Origin: Spirochaetia bacterium
Lineage (GTDB): Bacteria; Spirochaetota; Spirochaetia; SP-2023
Length of the DNA stretch: 64,000 nt
Direction: 5' to 3'
NCBI GenBank assembly: GCA_965225855.1
Contig: CBDDCK010000001.1
Coordinates: 201,995 to 265,994, forward strand
The position numbers and the translations under genes are program-made. Shown here in pieces: positions 31,320-41,662 of this stretch. Within the stretch, counting starts at the first letter, position 1, and the number at the start of each line of letters is the position of its first letter. A model generated the notes under the pieces. It did no database searches. It had not been told where the DNA came from and saw nothing but the letters and a program-made list of their open reading frames with translations.

Positions 31320-33443
31320 ATGAACAACCAGAAACAATCTAGTAATAACTATAAGCAAAAAACCGATAGTGGCCAAGCACAAAATATGCCATCGCTAGCA
31401 CCCTTACCCTATGCCCATATTGTATTTGTCAATGCTATTCAGCTAGGCCCTTATGCCCTGAAACCTTTGCAGTTTGGCCAGCATGCTTGGGAGCTTACTT
31501 TAGAAAAATTGGGCCAGTTACCCCATAAGCAGCTTCCCCACGCCATGGAAGGTAGCATAGATAGACTGCCTTGCATTTGTTTATTGCCCCCCCAGTCGGC
31601 TCATTTGCCCAATGATATAGCTACGGCCTTAGCACCAGAAATACTGCGCCAGCGGGGCTTGCATCCTTTGCATTTAAAGGACTATTCCGAAGCGGCTCTA
31701 ATTACGGCAATACGCCAAGGTATAGAACTGTTTTACCCCCAAGCTTTCCGCCCCGACCCTACGATAAAGGCCTTAGAAAAATATTTAGACTACTTGGATA
31801 AGCAAGAGGCACCAGAACAAGAACCTACAAAAACAAAAGTAGATGATGAAGCCTTCCGTGAAGATGTTGCACTGCCTTTAGCTATGCGCTTCGGCCCCGA
31901 GCAACTGGACAGTAAACAACTATTTTTGGCAGAGAATCTAACTTCCCGCCAAATTCATTGCTACTGGATTGAAGGCGATGCTCCATTACTTTCGCTAGAG
32001 CTAACCCAGCAACTATATGATAAACATCATAACTTTGCTGCCGAGTTTAGTTTTACAGATATCTACCCCCAGGGTTTGGTACCCATATTATTCCAAGCCG
32101 CTATATTGAGTCGCCTATGGTTTCTCAAGCGGGAACAGTATCCTTCGGGCATATCTTCAAGTATAAAGCCCCAGATTCCCACGCTCAATCCAGTGCCCAC
32201 TCTCAATATTGGGGAAATCGCCGAACGCGATTTAAATTTGTTTGCTGCCGAACCGTTGCTATGCTCTAAAGATTATCGTCTGCTGCGTTTAGATTTGCGA
32301 GCTAGCAACAAACGCCAGTACCAAATATTACAAAGCCTGTACCACAATCTGGCTTCAGATTTGCAACATTCAACAAGAACAAAACACCAAATACCAGTCC
32401 AAAAAATTCTGCATTGGGTGGAACATTCAGCTGAAAGTCTGCGCAGTTTGCCGCGTTATTTTCCCATTCAAATTTCTGCTACTTGCGCACAGCAATGTAG
32501 TTATTGCCCATATCCTCAAATCGCCGAGCCCCAGTTGTTTCCGCCGCAATCTTTGCGTGCTTTGCGCAAAGATGACAATCCTGCCAATTTTATGTCCCGC
32601 CCATTATGGCGCAAGCTACTAGCTGCCATCACTGAATTTGCCGGCGATGGGGTGCTCAATCTTTCTCCTTTAGGAGAGCCTTTGTTACACTCGGAATTTG
32701 TCGGTTTTATAGAAGATTTGCAGCCATATCCCTCGTTGGAATTAGTTATTGAAACCAGCGGTAGCCACTGGGAAACGCAGCCTATCCAGCGGTTGCAAGA
32801 ATATATTCAAGCGCACATGCCAGGGCGTATTACTTGGATTATTAGCCTTGATGCCTTAGACCCCAAGTTGTACCAGCAGTTGCGCTCTACAGAAGAAAGT
32901 ATTTCCCCATTGACGGGCATGACGCCTAGCCAGCAAAAGGCACATAGTTTAGTGGAATTATTATTAAATTATCATCAATCGGTTTACGTGCAAGCAGTCC
33001 GCATGCGCGACAATGAAGCGGATTTAGAGGCCTTTTATCGCTATTGGGCCGAAGGTTATAAACCTCAAAATGGGCTGGCAGCCCAAGCCCTGAAGGAGCA
33101 ACCCGTGCTAAAAACTTTTCCACAAGTGATTGTACAAAAATATAACTCCTACGCTGGCCTTTTGCCCGAACGCCAATTGCTTTCGCTAGAGCCTGTCGAA
33201 CGCTTCCCTTGCCGCCGCTTAGCCCGCGAAATGGTATTTGGAATCAATGGAGAGGCCTACCTTTGTGTTCAAGATTTACAGCAAAAACTTTCCAAGGAAT
33301 TAGAGCTAAGCCTAGGGGAATTCCCACAAAAAAGTTTAGAAGAACTATGGAGCGTTGGGCACAACTTGTACCAACAGCACATTAAAGCCAATTATCCTAG
33401 TATCTGCCAAAATTGTGATGAATATTATGTTTATAACTTTTAA
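31320..33443 (+). CDS. Radical SAM/SPASM protein, spiro-SPASM type
   Basis: CxxxCxxC (CAQQCSYC), GEPLLH, C-terminal SPASM cysteines (PCRRL..C..CQNCDEY) and a long N-terminal domain; start uncertain. Confidence 0.8.
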   Translation: MNNQKQSSNNYKQKTDSGQAQNMPSLAPLPYAHIVFVNAIQLGPYALKPLQFGQHAWELTLEKLGQLPHKQLPHAMEGSIDRLPCICLLPPQSAHLPNDIATALAPEILRQRGLHPLHLKDYSEAALITAIRQGIELFYPQAFRPDPTIKALEKYLDYLDKQEAPEQEPTKTKVDDEAFREDVALPLAMRFGPEQLDSKQLFLAENLTSRQIHCYWIEGDAPLLSLELTQQLYDKHHNFAAEFSFTDIYPQGLVPILFQAAILSRLWFLKREQYPSGISSSIKPQIPTLNPVPTLNIGEIAERDLNLFAAEPLLCSKDYRLLRLDLRASNKRQYQILQSLYHNLASDLQHSTRTKHQIPVQKILHWVEHSAESLRSLPRYFPIQISATCAQQCSYCPYPQIAEPQLFPPQSLRALRKDDNPANFMSRPLWRKLLAAITEFAGDGVLNLSPLGEPLLHSEFVGFIEDLQPYPSLELVIETSGSHWETQPIQRLQEYIQAHMPGRITWIISLDALDPKLYQQLRSTEESISPLTGMTPSQQKAHSLVELLLNYHQSVYVQAVRMRDNEADLEAFYRYWAEGYKPQNGLAAQALKEQPVLKTFPQVIVQKYNSYAGLLPERQLLSLEPVERFPCRRLAREMVFGINGEAYLCVQDLQQKLSKELELSLGEFPQKSLEELWSVGHNLYQQHIKANYPSICQNCDEYYVYNF

Positions 33444-33470
33444 TTGCTGCAGCTAATTAGAAATATTGTA

Positions 33471-35591
33471 ATGAAACAAGATGAAATGACCAAAGCTAAA
33501 AACTCGAAGCAAAAATCAAGGGATTTTCCAAAAGAGGCCAAGCAACAAAAAGCTCAAAAAACAATAGGAGAGAAAAAAGCCAAAATAGCCGACCCAAATT
33601 CAAGTTTTACTGCCGATTTACCGCCCCAATTGCAGCGCGATTTAGCCGAGCTTCCCGATAAGCCGGGAGTCTATTTAATGCATAATCAAGCTTCACAAAT
33701 TCTCTATATTGGCAAAGCAAAAAATTTACGCAACCGCGTGCGCTCTTATTTTGTTGGCAATAAAGACCTCAAAACAGAATTACTACGGCGCAAAGTAAAC
33801 CATGTAGAAATTTTGCTCTGTGCCAACGACTATGAAGCTTTACTTTTAGAAAATAACTTAATTAAAAAACATAAGCCCCGCTATAATATCAACCTCAAAG
33901 ATGACAAAACTTACCCGTTGATTTGCATCAGTGGGGACGATTTTCCACGTATTTTTAAAACACGACAAATCAGGCGGGACGGTTCACAATATTTTGGCCC
34001 CTATCCTGTGGGGGTGCAATTGGATAGCCTATTACAGCTTTTGAATGAATTATTCCCACTGCGGCGCTGCAAAAGCCCTTTAGTACTGCGTGAAAAGCCT
34101 TGTCTATATTACCATCTCAAACAATGCCTAGGCCCGTGCATTGGGGCCGTCAGCAAAGAAGAATATTCTGGCTATGTACACAAGGCAAAAAATCTATTGC
34201 AAGGTTCTAGCAAAAAGCTGCAGCAGGAATTGGAACGCAATATGCGCAAAGCCGCCGAGGAGTTGCATTTTGAAGAAGCGGCACGATTGCGCAATCAGTT
34301 ACACAATTTGCAAAATTTACGGCAAAGCCAGAGCATGGAATTACAAGAACGGCCAGAAATTTCCCGTGATTATCTGGCGATGTTACAATTGCAAGATTAT
34401 TATTTTTTCACTGTATTACTTTTACGTCAAGGGAAATTACTGGGCTATCACCATTTTTCTAGTCGCTATTTGCTAGAAGATCGTACTTCGCAAGATTTAA
34501 ATATAGATATAGCGCAAATAAAACGCGCTTCTTTGTTAGGGCAAGCAGGGCAACGCAAACAAGCATTGAATGCTGCGTTGGTCGAATTTTTGTGCCAGTA
34601 TTATTTGGAAAACGGCCATGAACTACCGCACGAATTGTATTTGCCCGAATTAGACTTAGACTGGGAAGAGCTGGAATTATTTTTACAATTACTTGCAAAA
34701 CAACGAGGTAAAGCTTTTAAGATTCAGCCTTTTAGCCGCACGCAACAAGCGGCGAATAACCGTCTCTTGCTACTTTGGGCCCATGAAAATGTAATTCGGC
34801 AGCAGCAAGTTTGGCTGCGCTACCAAGGGCGCAGCTTGATGATGGAAGAGCTGCGCAAGGCATTAGATTTGGAAGAACTGCCTGATCATATTGAAGGTTT
34901 TGACATATCTCACATAGGGGGGCAAGCTACGGTGGCTTCGCTAATTGTGTTTCGAGCAGGTCGGCCAGCAAAAGATGAATATCGTAGTTTTAATTTGCAA
35001 ACAACCGAAGGCCATATAGACGATTTTGCTTCTATGCAGGAAGCAGTTTCACGGCGCTACACTCGTTTGCTCAATGAAATGCAACCATTACCCGATTTAA
35101 TTATGATTGATGGCGGCCAAGGGCAGGTTAATTCTGCTGCTGCTGTTTTGCGTTCACTGGGTTTGGCCATTCCGATAGTGGGTTTAGCTAAACGCCAAGA
35201 AATTTTATTTTTCCCCAATCTAAGCTATGAAGATGGCATTAGCGATTCATATTCACAGGTTCGCGCTCCATTGGATTTGCCTTTGGGACACCCCGGGCTA
35301 AAATTGTTACAACAAGTGCGAGACGAAACTCACCGCCGCGCCCACGGTAGTAATCGCAAACGCTATCAAAAAAGAGTGTCTAGCAGTGTGCTAGAAAATG
35401 TCCCGGGAGTGGGAAAGAAACGGAGCCATAATTTGCTACAGCAATACGGCTCGTTAGAAACATTGAGCCAAGCGAGTGCCGAAGAACTAGCTAAAGCAGG
35501 ACAGATGGGGTTAGCGATAGCGGAAACTTTGGTAGAATATTTAGCCCGCCGCAACAGCAACACGGGAGGCAACACAGAAAATGCAAAATAA
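33471..35591 (+). CDS. uvrC: Excinuclease ABC subunit C
   Basis: GIY-YIG (PGVYLM..YIGKAKNLRNRV), IEGFDISH, IDGGQGQ and C-terminal HhH. Confidence 0.96.
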   Translation: MKQDEMTKAKNSKQKSRDFPKEAKQQKAQKTIGEKKAKIADPNSSFTADLPPQLQRDLAELPDKPGVYLMHNQASQILYIGKAKNLRNRVRSYFVGNKDLKTELLRRKVNHVEILLCANDYEALLLENNLIKKHKPRYNINLKDDKTYPLICISGDDFPRIFKTRQIRRDGSQYFGPYPVGVQLDSLLQLLNELFPLRRCKSPLVLREKPCLYYHLKQCLGPCIGAVSKEEYSGYVHKAKNLLQGSSKKLQQELERNMRKAAEELHFEEAARLRNQLHNLQNLRQSQSMELQERPEISRDYLAMLQLQDYYFFTVLLLRQGKLLGYHHFSSRYLLEDRTSQDLNIDIAQIKRASLLGQAGQRKQALNAALVEFLCQYYLENGHELPHELYLPELDLDWEELELFLQLLAKQRGKAFKIQPFSRTQQAANNRLLLLWAHENVIRQQQVWLRYQGRSLMMEELRKALDLEELPDHIEGFDISHIGGQATVASLIVFRAGRPAKDEYRSFNLQTTEGHIDDFASMQEAVSRRYTRLLNEMQPLPDLIMIDGGQGQVNSAAAVLRSLGLAIPIVGLAKRQEILFFPNLSYEDGISDSYSQVRAPLDLPLGHPGLKLLQQVRDETHRRAHGSNRKRYQKRVSSSVLENVPGVGKKRSHNLLQQYGSLETLSQASAEELAKAGQMGLAIAETLVEYLARRNSNTGGNTENAK

Positions 35592-35609
35592 AAGGAGCGT
35601 TTATTTTTT

Positions 35610-36404
35610 ATGGAAGGAATCATTATTGTCGGTTATGGCCGCATGGGTAAGGAAATAGAACAGCAAGCTGCCCAAATGGGTATTAGCGTTTGTGCGGTGG
35701 CCGACAACCGCAGAGAGCTTGAACAACTGGGAGTTCAATGGCAAGTTGATAGGCAGCTAAAGGCAGGGCGTATTGCCATAGAGTTTACCGGTGGCACAGC
35801 TGCTATAGAAAATTTGGAATATTTATTAAAACATGATATTCCCATCGTTTGTGGCTCCACCCCGTGGAATGAACAAAGCCATGCAGAGATACTAAAATTA
35901 CGCAGCGAACGCCAAGGCTATTTAATGTTGAGTAGTAATTATAGTATTGGGGTCAATATCTTTTGGCGTGTAGTGCGTGAAACCAGCCGCTTGATGAACC
36001 GTTTCCCTCATTACGATTTGGGCATTTACGAACAGCATCACAACAAAAAGGCCGATTCCCCTTCCGGTACGGCGGTAAGTGCTGGCAATATTGTCTTGCA
36101 AGAGGTGGAGCGCAAAATCCGCTTACTCTATGGCAAACCGCAAGATGCGCAAGGCCATGAGCGCCCTATTGATGCTGCTGAATTGCAAGTAAGCTCCCAG
36201 CGTTTGGGGCATATTTGGGGAGTGCACCAACTACTGTGCGATAGCCCAGAAGACTCTATCACTATTTCACATCAAGCGCACAATCGCACAGGGCTAGCAC
36301 GCGGTACGCTGATTGCTGCCCAGTTTTTACAGCAGCAAGTGGATAATAACAAACCGGGCTTTTTTTCTATGGGCGAATTGATGGATTATTTTTTACAATC
36401 TTAG
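35610..36404 (+). CDS. dapB: 4-hydroxy-tetrahydrodipicolinate reductase
   Basis: GYGRMG, NYSIGVN, EQHHNKKADSPSGTA, ISHQAHNR motifs. Confidence 0.93.
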   Translation: MEGIIIVGYGRMGKEIEQQAAQMGISVCAVADNRRELEQLGVQWQVDRQLKAGRIAIEFTGGTAAIENLEYLLKHDIPIVCGSTPWNEQSHAEILKLRSERQGYLMLSSNYSIGVNIFWRVVRETSRLMNRFPHYDLGIYEQHHNKKADSPSGTAVSAGNIVLQEVERKIRLLYGKPQDAQGHERPIDAAELQVSSQRLGHIWGVHQLLCDSPEDSITISHQAHNRTGLARGTLIAAQFLQQQVDNNKPGFFSMGELMDYFLQS

Positions 36405-36484
36405 CTCTTTTATGCAGAATTAACGAAAAAAGGCAAGCAAGGCTTGGCCAAAGTTTATCTTGTTACAAAAAATTCTTGTTAGTT

Positions 36485-36615
36485 ATTAAGAAATTCTGTT
36501 GTTGGGTATTAAGAAACTCTCTTGTTGGGCATTAAGAAACTCTCTTGTTGGGCATTAAGAAACTCTCTTGTTGGGCATTAAGAAATTCTGTTGTTGGGCA
36601 TTAAGAGACTCTCTT
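36485..36615. repeat. Tandem repeat of a 23-bp unit, ~5.7 copies
   Basis: Unit ATTAAGAAACTCTCTTGTTGGGC with minor variants, head-to-tail, no spacers. Confidence 0.95.
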
Positions 36616-36762
36616 AATTGTTATGCCAACGTTCTGGCAATAATTATTCAAAGCTATTACTAAAAAAAGTTTGTAGCCTTAATAAATTTTTCCAGCCTTG
36701 GTATTTTCTCCATACCAAGGCTGCAATAGGTCAATGCAAGCGTTGCAACAACCAAACCTTAC

Positions 36763-37021
36763 TTACCAACTTGTAACTTTAATACTAGTGGTTGGGTCTT
36801 TTGTGCTACCACCTGCAAATCCTGCTGCTGCTTCAAGGTTGCCAGCCTTAACCAGTATCTTATCGGCTTTGGCTTTTACAGTACCGCTTAAAGTAATAAT
36901 TAAGTAGGTTGCACTTGCTTCAGAACCTGTGGCTTTGTTTGCACCTGCAGTTGAGTGCTGTGGTAATGTGAATCTCTTAGTACGATCACCGGATACAAGC
37001 GTCAATTTGCTAAAGTCCCAG
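36763..37021 (-). pseudogene. Promoterless 3' fragment (C-terminal part of a B domain) of the lipoprotein family; possible silent alternative C-terminus
   Basis: Open frame WDFSKLTLVSGDRTKRFTLPQH...GNLEAAAGFAGGSTKDPTTSIKVTSW-stop; homology starts abruptly at the WDFSK codons; family 3' flank retained. Confidence 0.9.
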
Positions 37022-37039
37022 ACTTATTTCTAATAAGAG

Positions 37040-37957
37040 TTATAAAGTATTTAACTCGTCCAGGTAGGGAATAGAAGGAGCTGCCCCTACCCGCCCGACT
37101 GCCAGAGCTGCGGCACGGCTACCTGCCTTTAAAGCCTCAAAAAAATCTTCATCTTTTAGGATTGCAGCAGTATAGTAACCAGCAAATGTATCGCCCGCCG
37201 CGGTGGTATCCACTAACGGAACAGGATAAGCAAGCAGGGAATAGTCCTGTTGCCTATAGCTGCCCCAAACCCCATCTGCGCCTAAAGTTATCACCAAACG
37301 AGAATTTGGCATACGTCTTTTTAATAAATTAAAAGCAGTTTCAACCGAAGTCGCCTCCGCCAAGTCCATGGCTTCAGTTTCATTTACCAACAAAGTGTGA
37401 AGCTGGGTATAATCAATTTTTTGTAGGTCTGGACAATAGGGTGCTGCATTAAAAATCACCGGAATATGGTGCGTATGGGCACAGTCTAATAGAGCGGGTA
37501 AGCCGTTCATTTCATTTTGACATACTACAGCCGAATAACAATCAGGCGGAATTGTTGCAGATGTAAATAGCTGTCTTACAGCAGTATCCGTCCAAGAATG
37601 ATTGGCACCGCTATACAATACGATGCTGTTCTCGACTGTGCTGTTCTGGCCTTCACGCCCAACCTGAATCATTGCATGCCCTGTATGGTAACCTTCCCAA
37701 CATTGGGTAAAAGTACAATCTACCCCATTATCTTCCAAAAAGGTACGCAACCACAGGCCATCACTGCCAATACGCCCGGCATGGCACACCGACATTCCGG
37801 CCCGAGACATCGCTAGAGATTGGTTTAAACCTTTACCACCCGGATGCACGGCATAGCCTCCTGGCTCAATTGCAGCAAGCGTCTCACCAGGACGAACTAT
37901 ATGCTCTAACTGATACACATGATCTATATTCAAAGAACCAAAGGATAACACAGGCAT
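37040..37957 (-). CDS. rbsK: Ribokinase (PfkB family)
   Basis: GSLNID, PGGKGLNQ, NETEA, VDTTAAGDTF motifs; GGAG upstream of ATG 37957. Confidence 0.88.
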   Translation of the reverse strand: MPVLSFGSLNIDHVYQLEHIVRPGETLAAIEPGGYAVHPGGKGLNQSLAMSRAGMSVCHAGRIGSDGLWLRTFLEDNGVDCTFTQCWEGYHTGHAMIQVGREGQNSTVENSIVLYSGANHSWTDTAVRQLFTSATIPPDCYSAVVCQNEMNGLPALLDCAHTHHIPVIFNAAPYCPDLQKIDYTQLHTLLVNETEAMDLAEATSVETAFNLLKRRMPNSRLVITLGADGVWGSYRQQDYSLLAYPVPLVDTTAAGDTFAGYYTAAILKDEDFFEALKAGSRAAALAVGRVGAAPSIPYLDELNTL

Positions 37958-38109
37958 AATACTTTCTATCTTCTCCAATTGATCTTGCCATGCAAGCCAA
38001 AACCAAACCCAAACCAAACAACCAATCAATTCCGGTTGCTGAGCAACGGTCGCAGCCATTTTACCAACTTGTACGGCGGGCCACAACATCTGCGGTAGCG
38101 TTCAAAGCC

Positions 38110-38281
38110 AGCAATTAAAATATTACGGCCACTAGCCTCAATAATAAAAATTACGTCAGCCACAATAAGAAGTTACATTGAGAATATCTAAAGCATTTCC
38201 CAGCAATTGCCAGATCAACACCCCCTGTAACGTCCCAACGATTTTGACCGAACCACCAGCTAAACTGGTACCAACCAACAC
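38110..38281 (-). pseudogene. C-terminal remnant of a ribose-type ABC permease (RbsC-like)
   Basis: Minus strand from 38272 reads GTSLAGGSVKIVGTLQGVLIWQLLGNALDILNVTSY, matching the GGTSLxGGxG...GTLxG...NxLxLL pattern; lies just upstream of ribokinase. Confidence 0.7.
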
Positions 38282-39014
38282 CCCACCCCCCAAACCCACC
38301 CCACCTAATAACTACCCCAGCCCCAAAGCAACAAACCCAAAGCAACAAACCGAAATAGCCATACAAACGCACATACAAACGCAATTGGGCAATTGGTTTG
38401 CCGATGCCAATCTACAAGTCATCGCCTGCTTTACCACAATACACCTTTCCGGCTTGGTATAAAGTATTATTCCAACTTGGTGCAATATAACTTTCCGCCT
38501 TCGATCAAGGCCTTGATCCGCATTGGAGTAAGGTATTGATCGAAGGTGGAGAGATGTATCATAGCAAGGCACTAAAAACCATAAAAATAAGCAAGCCATA
38601 GACTTGCTAAAACCCAACAACATCGTAAAAAGCCAAAACTGGGACGACCTCAAATAGGGCCAGTATGCCGATGCTTTGACCTTAGCCCACAGCGTCAATG
38701 CTGGCATTTTAGACGACTTGCACAATATCTGGCTATATATTGCGGGCCTATGACCCCAACTGGGATATATTGATACCACCCAATGGTTGGCATGGTTGGC
38801 GTTGCGCCTGCTATCGCATAGCCTTAAGCCTTTTGATTGGCATGGATTTTGAACCACCTTACAACACTAACACACAAAAAAAGTGCCCAAACATAAAAAA
38901 ACTTACAAAAAGCTTGTATAGGCCTTGACGCAACACCCCCCCTAGCAAAATGGGGATTTACAGACTAGCCCGTATGGGTTGGCCAATCTTTATCCCTTGT
39001 TGGAGGTATTGCTT
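38271..39014 (+). repeat. Conserved upstream element of the lipoprotein family, copy 3
   Basis: Near-identical to copies 1 and 2, with fewer GGTTGGCAT-type units. Confidence 0.9.
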
Positions 39015-41045
39015 ATGTATAAGCTCAAACTACTTTTATTGCCTGTAGCATTGCTACTGGCCTTTATGGCCTTGGCCTGCGCACCACCCGATGACGATGA
39101 TCGATCTTCTGGGCCATCTTCTGGGCCGTCTATCAATAATGCCATCTACGACTTTGCTACGGCTCTGTTAACCGTACAAGGTACTGACTTAAGTCCTACA
39201 GAAGCGCAAATCCAAACTATCACGGTAGCTGGCCTAGCCTTAAGTTCCTATATTGCAGATGCCAAACCCACTGGGCCAAATAGTAACAGTCTTGCAAAAG
39301 GTAAGTACCGTATGAAAAGCGATGGCACAGCGCTTTGGCTGAAACTTAAAGATGAACATAAAGCTGCTCTTGAGGCCAAGGTGGGTAGCAATGGTCTAAA
39401 AAAAGGGTTGCTTACTAGCTCTGGTGCTTGGGCGGGTTTAGATACAGCCAAAGACTTAACCGTTAGCAATATACCCGATAAGCAGTCGCCTAAGCAAGCT
39501 GAACAAGCTGAACAAGCTGAAGAAGAGTCGCCTAAGCAACCTAAAGACGAACAAGTCGAACAAGCTGAAGAGGAGTCGCCTAAGCAACCTAAAGCCGAAG
39601 AGCAGTCGCCTAAAGCCGCAATTACCGGTGCAAGCTACAATGTTGGCACGGCGCTGTTAACCTTGCAAGGTACTGACTTAGGTAGTGCGACCCAAGCCCA
39701 AATCCAAACCATCGTAGTAGATGGGGTAGCCTTAAGTTCCTATACTGCAGATGACGATGCCACTGGGCCAGATAGTCGCGGTCTTGCAAAAGGTAAGTAC
39801 CGCCTACATAGCGCTGGCACAGCGCTTTGGCTTTACCTTACCGATCAACATAAAACTACTCTGAATGGCAAGACAGGTATGGATAGCAATGGTCTAAAAG
39901 ATGGGTTGCTTACTAGCACTGGTACTTGGGCGGGTTTAGATACAGCCAAAGGCTTGGCCGTTAGTGGAAACCCCGCAATTACCCGTGCAACTTACCATGT
40001 TGGCACGGCTCTGTTAACTGTACAAGGTACTGACTTAGCTAGTGCGACCCAAGCGCAAATCCAAACCATCGTGGTAGATGGCTTAGCCTTAAGTTCCTAT
40101 ATTGCAGATGAGGATGCCACTGGGGCAGATAGTCGCGGTCTTGCAAAAGGTAAGTACCGCCTGCATAGCGCTGGCACAGCCATTTGGCTTTACCTTACCG
40201 ATCGACATAAAACTACTCTGAATGGCAAGACAGGTATGGATACCAATGGTAGAAAAGTCGGGTTGCTTGCTAGCACTGGTGCTTGGGCAGGTTTAGATAC
40301 AGCCAAAGACTTGGCCGTTATTGGAAACCCACCCGCAATTACCAGTGCAACCTACAATGTTGCTACAAGTGTGTTAGTGATTACAGGTGTCAATTTACCA
40401 AAATCAGTGTATGGCTGGGACTTTAGCAAATTGAGGTTTGTCGCAGGTGATGGCCGTAAGAGTCAACCATTATTCAAGCACAGCACAACCGGTAAAGGTA
40501 TACACAGATCCATAGGTTCTGCAGCAAGTGCAACAAGCTTAACGATTACTTTAAGCGGTAGTATTCAAAAAGGGAACGCCAATAAGATATTGGTTAAGAA
40601 TGGTGATAGTGATGATGCTGGTGCATACAACCTGGAAGCAGCAGCAGGATTTGCAGGTGGTAGCGCTGAAGACCTAACCAACCCTATTACCGTTAGTGGG
40701 TATGTAATTTCTATCACTGGAGCATACTACAGTCCTAATAATGGCAATTTATTGATTCAGGGTACTAATTTACCGAGAACAATTGCAGAGTGGGACTTTA
40801 GCAAATTGACGCTTGTATCCGGTGATGGTAGTAAGAGATACAAATTACCCCAGCACTCAACCACAGGTGAAAACAGAGCCGAAGGTTCTAATGCAAGTGC
40901 AATAAGCGTATTGATTACTTTAAGCGGTAGTGTAAAAGCCAAAGTCGATGCTATACTGGTTAAGAATGGCAACCTGGAAGCAGCAGCAGGATTTGTACCT
41001 GGTAGCGCAGAAGACCTAACCAATAAGATTATAGTTTTTAATTGA
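39015..41045 (+). CDS. Modular repeat surface lipoprotein, copy 3 (A x3, B x2)
   Basis: Nearly identical signal peptide and lipobox; three LAKGKYR and two WDFSKL domains. Confidence 0.9.
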   Translation: MYKLKLLLLPVALLLAFMALACAPPDDDDRSSGPSSGPSINNAIYDFATALLTVQGTDLSPTEAQIQTITVAGLALSSYIADAKPTGPNSNSLAKGKYRMKSDGTALWLKLKDEHKAALEAKVGSNGLKKGLLTSSGAWAGLDTAKDLTVSNIPDKQSPKQAEQAEQAEEESPKQPKDEQVEQAEEESPKQPKAEEQSPKAAITGASYNVGTALLTLQGTDLGSATQAQIQTIVVDGVALSSYTADDDATGPDSRGLAKGKYRLHSAGTALWLYLTDQHKTTLNGKTGMDSNGLKDGLLTSTGTWAGLDTAKGLAVSGNPAITRATYHVGTALLTVQGTDLASATQAQIQTIVVDGLALSSYIADEDATGADSRGLAKGKYRLHSAGTAIWLYLTDRHKTTLNGKTGMDTNGRKVGLLASTGAWAGLDTAKDLAVIGNPPAITSATYNVATSVLVITGVNLPKSVYGWDFSKLRFVAGDGRKSQPLFKHSTTGKGIHRSIGSAASATSLTITLSGSIQKGNANKILVKNGDSDDAGAYNLEAAAGFAGGSAEDLTNPITVSGYVISITGAYYSPNNGNLLIQGTNLPRTIAEWDFSKLTLVSGDGSKRYKLPQHSTTGENRAEGSNASAISVLITLSGSVKAKVDAILVKNGNLEAAAGFVPGSAEDLTNKIIVFN

Positions 41046-41169
41046 TGTTGGTAAGTAAGGTTTGGTTATTGCTGTAAGCAAGGCTTGCATTGGCCAATTG
41101 CAGCCTTGGTAAGTTTTTTTATCAAGGCTGCTTTTACCAAGTTATAGCCATTCTGGAAAGTAGAAGAGT

Positions 41170-41214
41170 CGAGTTATCACGTCCGATGGCACAAAGTTAT
41201 CACGTCCTGCATCA
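41170..41214 (+). repeat. Transposon-like right-end motif downstream of copy 3
   Basis: CGAGTTATCACGTCCGATGGCACAAAGTTATCACGTCCTGCATCA; one mismatch to 28916-28960. Confidence 0.85.
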
Positions 41215-41662
41215 TAGAATGGCTCAAGATAGAACTTACATAAAGCAGTATAGACCACGAAGGGCCATTAGAAAACTGGCTAATTAAGCTTATGAATCTA
41301 CATAGAGTCTGGACAAGATTAGAGATATGCTTTCCTGCTGCGCCTCGGCCTTTTTACCTCGCACTCTGCTTTCCAAAATAAGATTGATCTACTTATATTT
41401 ATCTCGATTATTTTCTTGCGAATGTTAGCAACAATAGAATCGATGGGTAATTTCTTGAGATTTTGGTATAAACAACCGCATCTTTGTTGCTATGGTAATT
41501 TTATCTCTTTGTTGCTCAATATTGCATTGATAATCGTATAGCAATTTTGGATATTTTATCAACAAGCCCTTTTTGATCGGGGGGGCTTTGATAAGTAGTT
41601 TGTGTGTTTGCAATGGTTTTACTTACATGTACTTGTGAATGTTAGCAAAAAATTTATAAAAT

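Noticed and set aside
36485..36615. CRISPR array
   Set aside because: Repeats are contiguous with no unique spacers and no cas genes nearby
36763..37021. Template repeat of a diversity-generating retroelement
   Set aside because: No reverse transcriptase in the window, and differences from the paralogous C-termini are not confined to adenines
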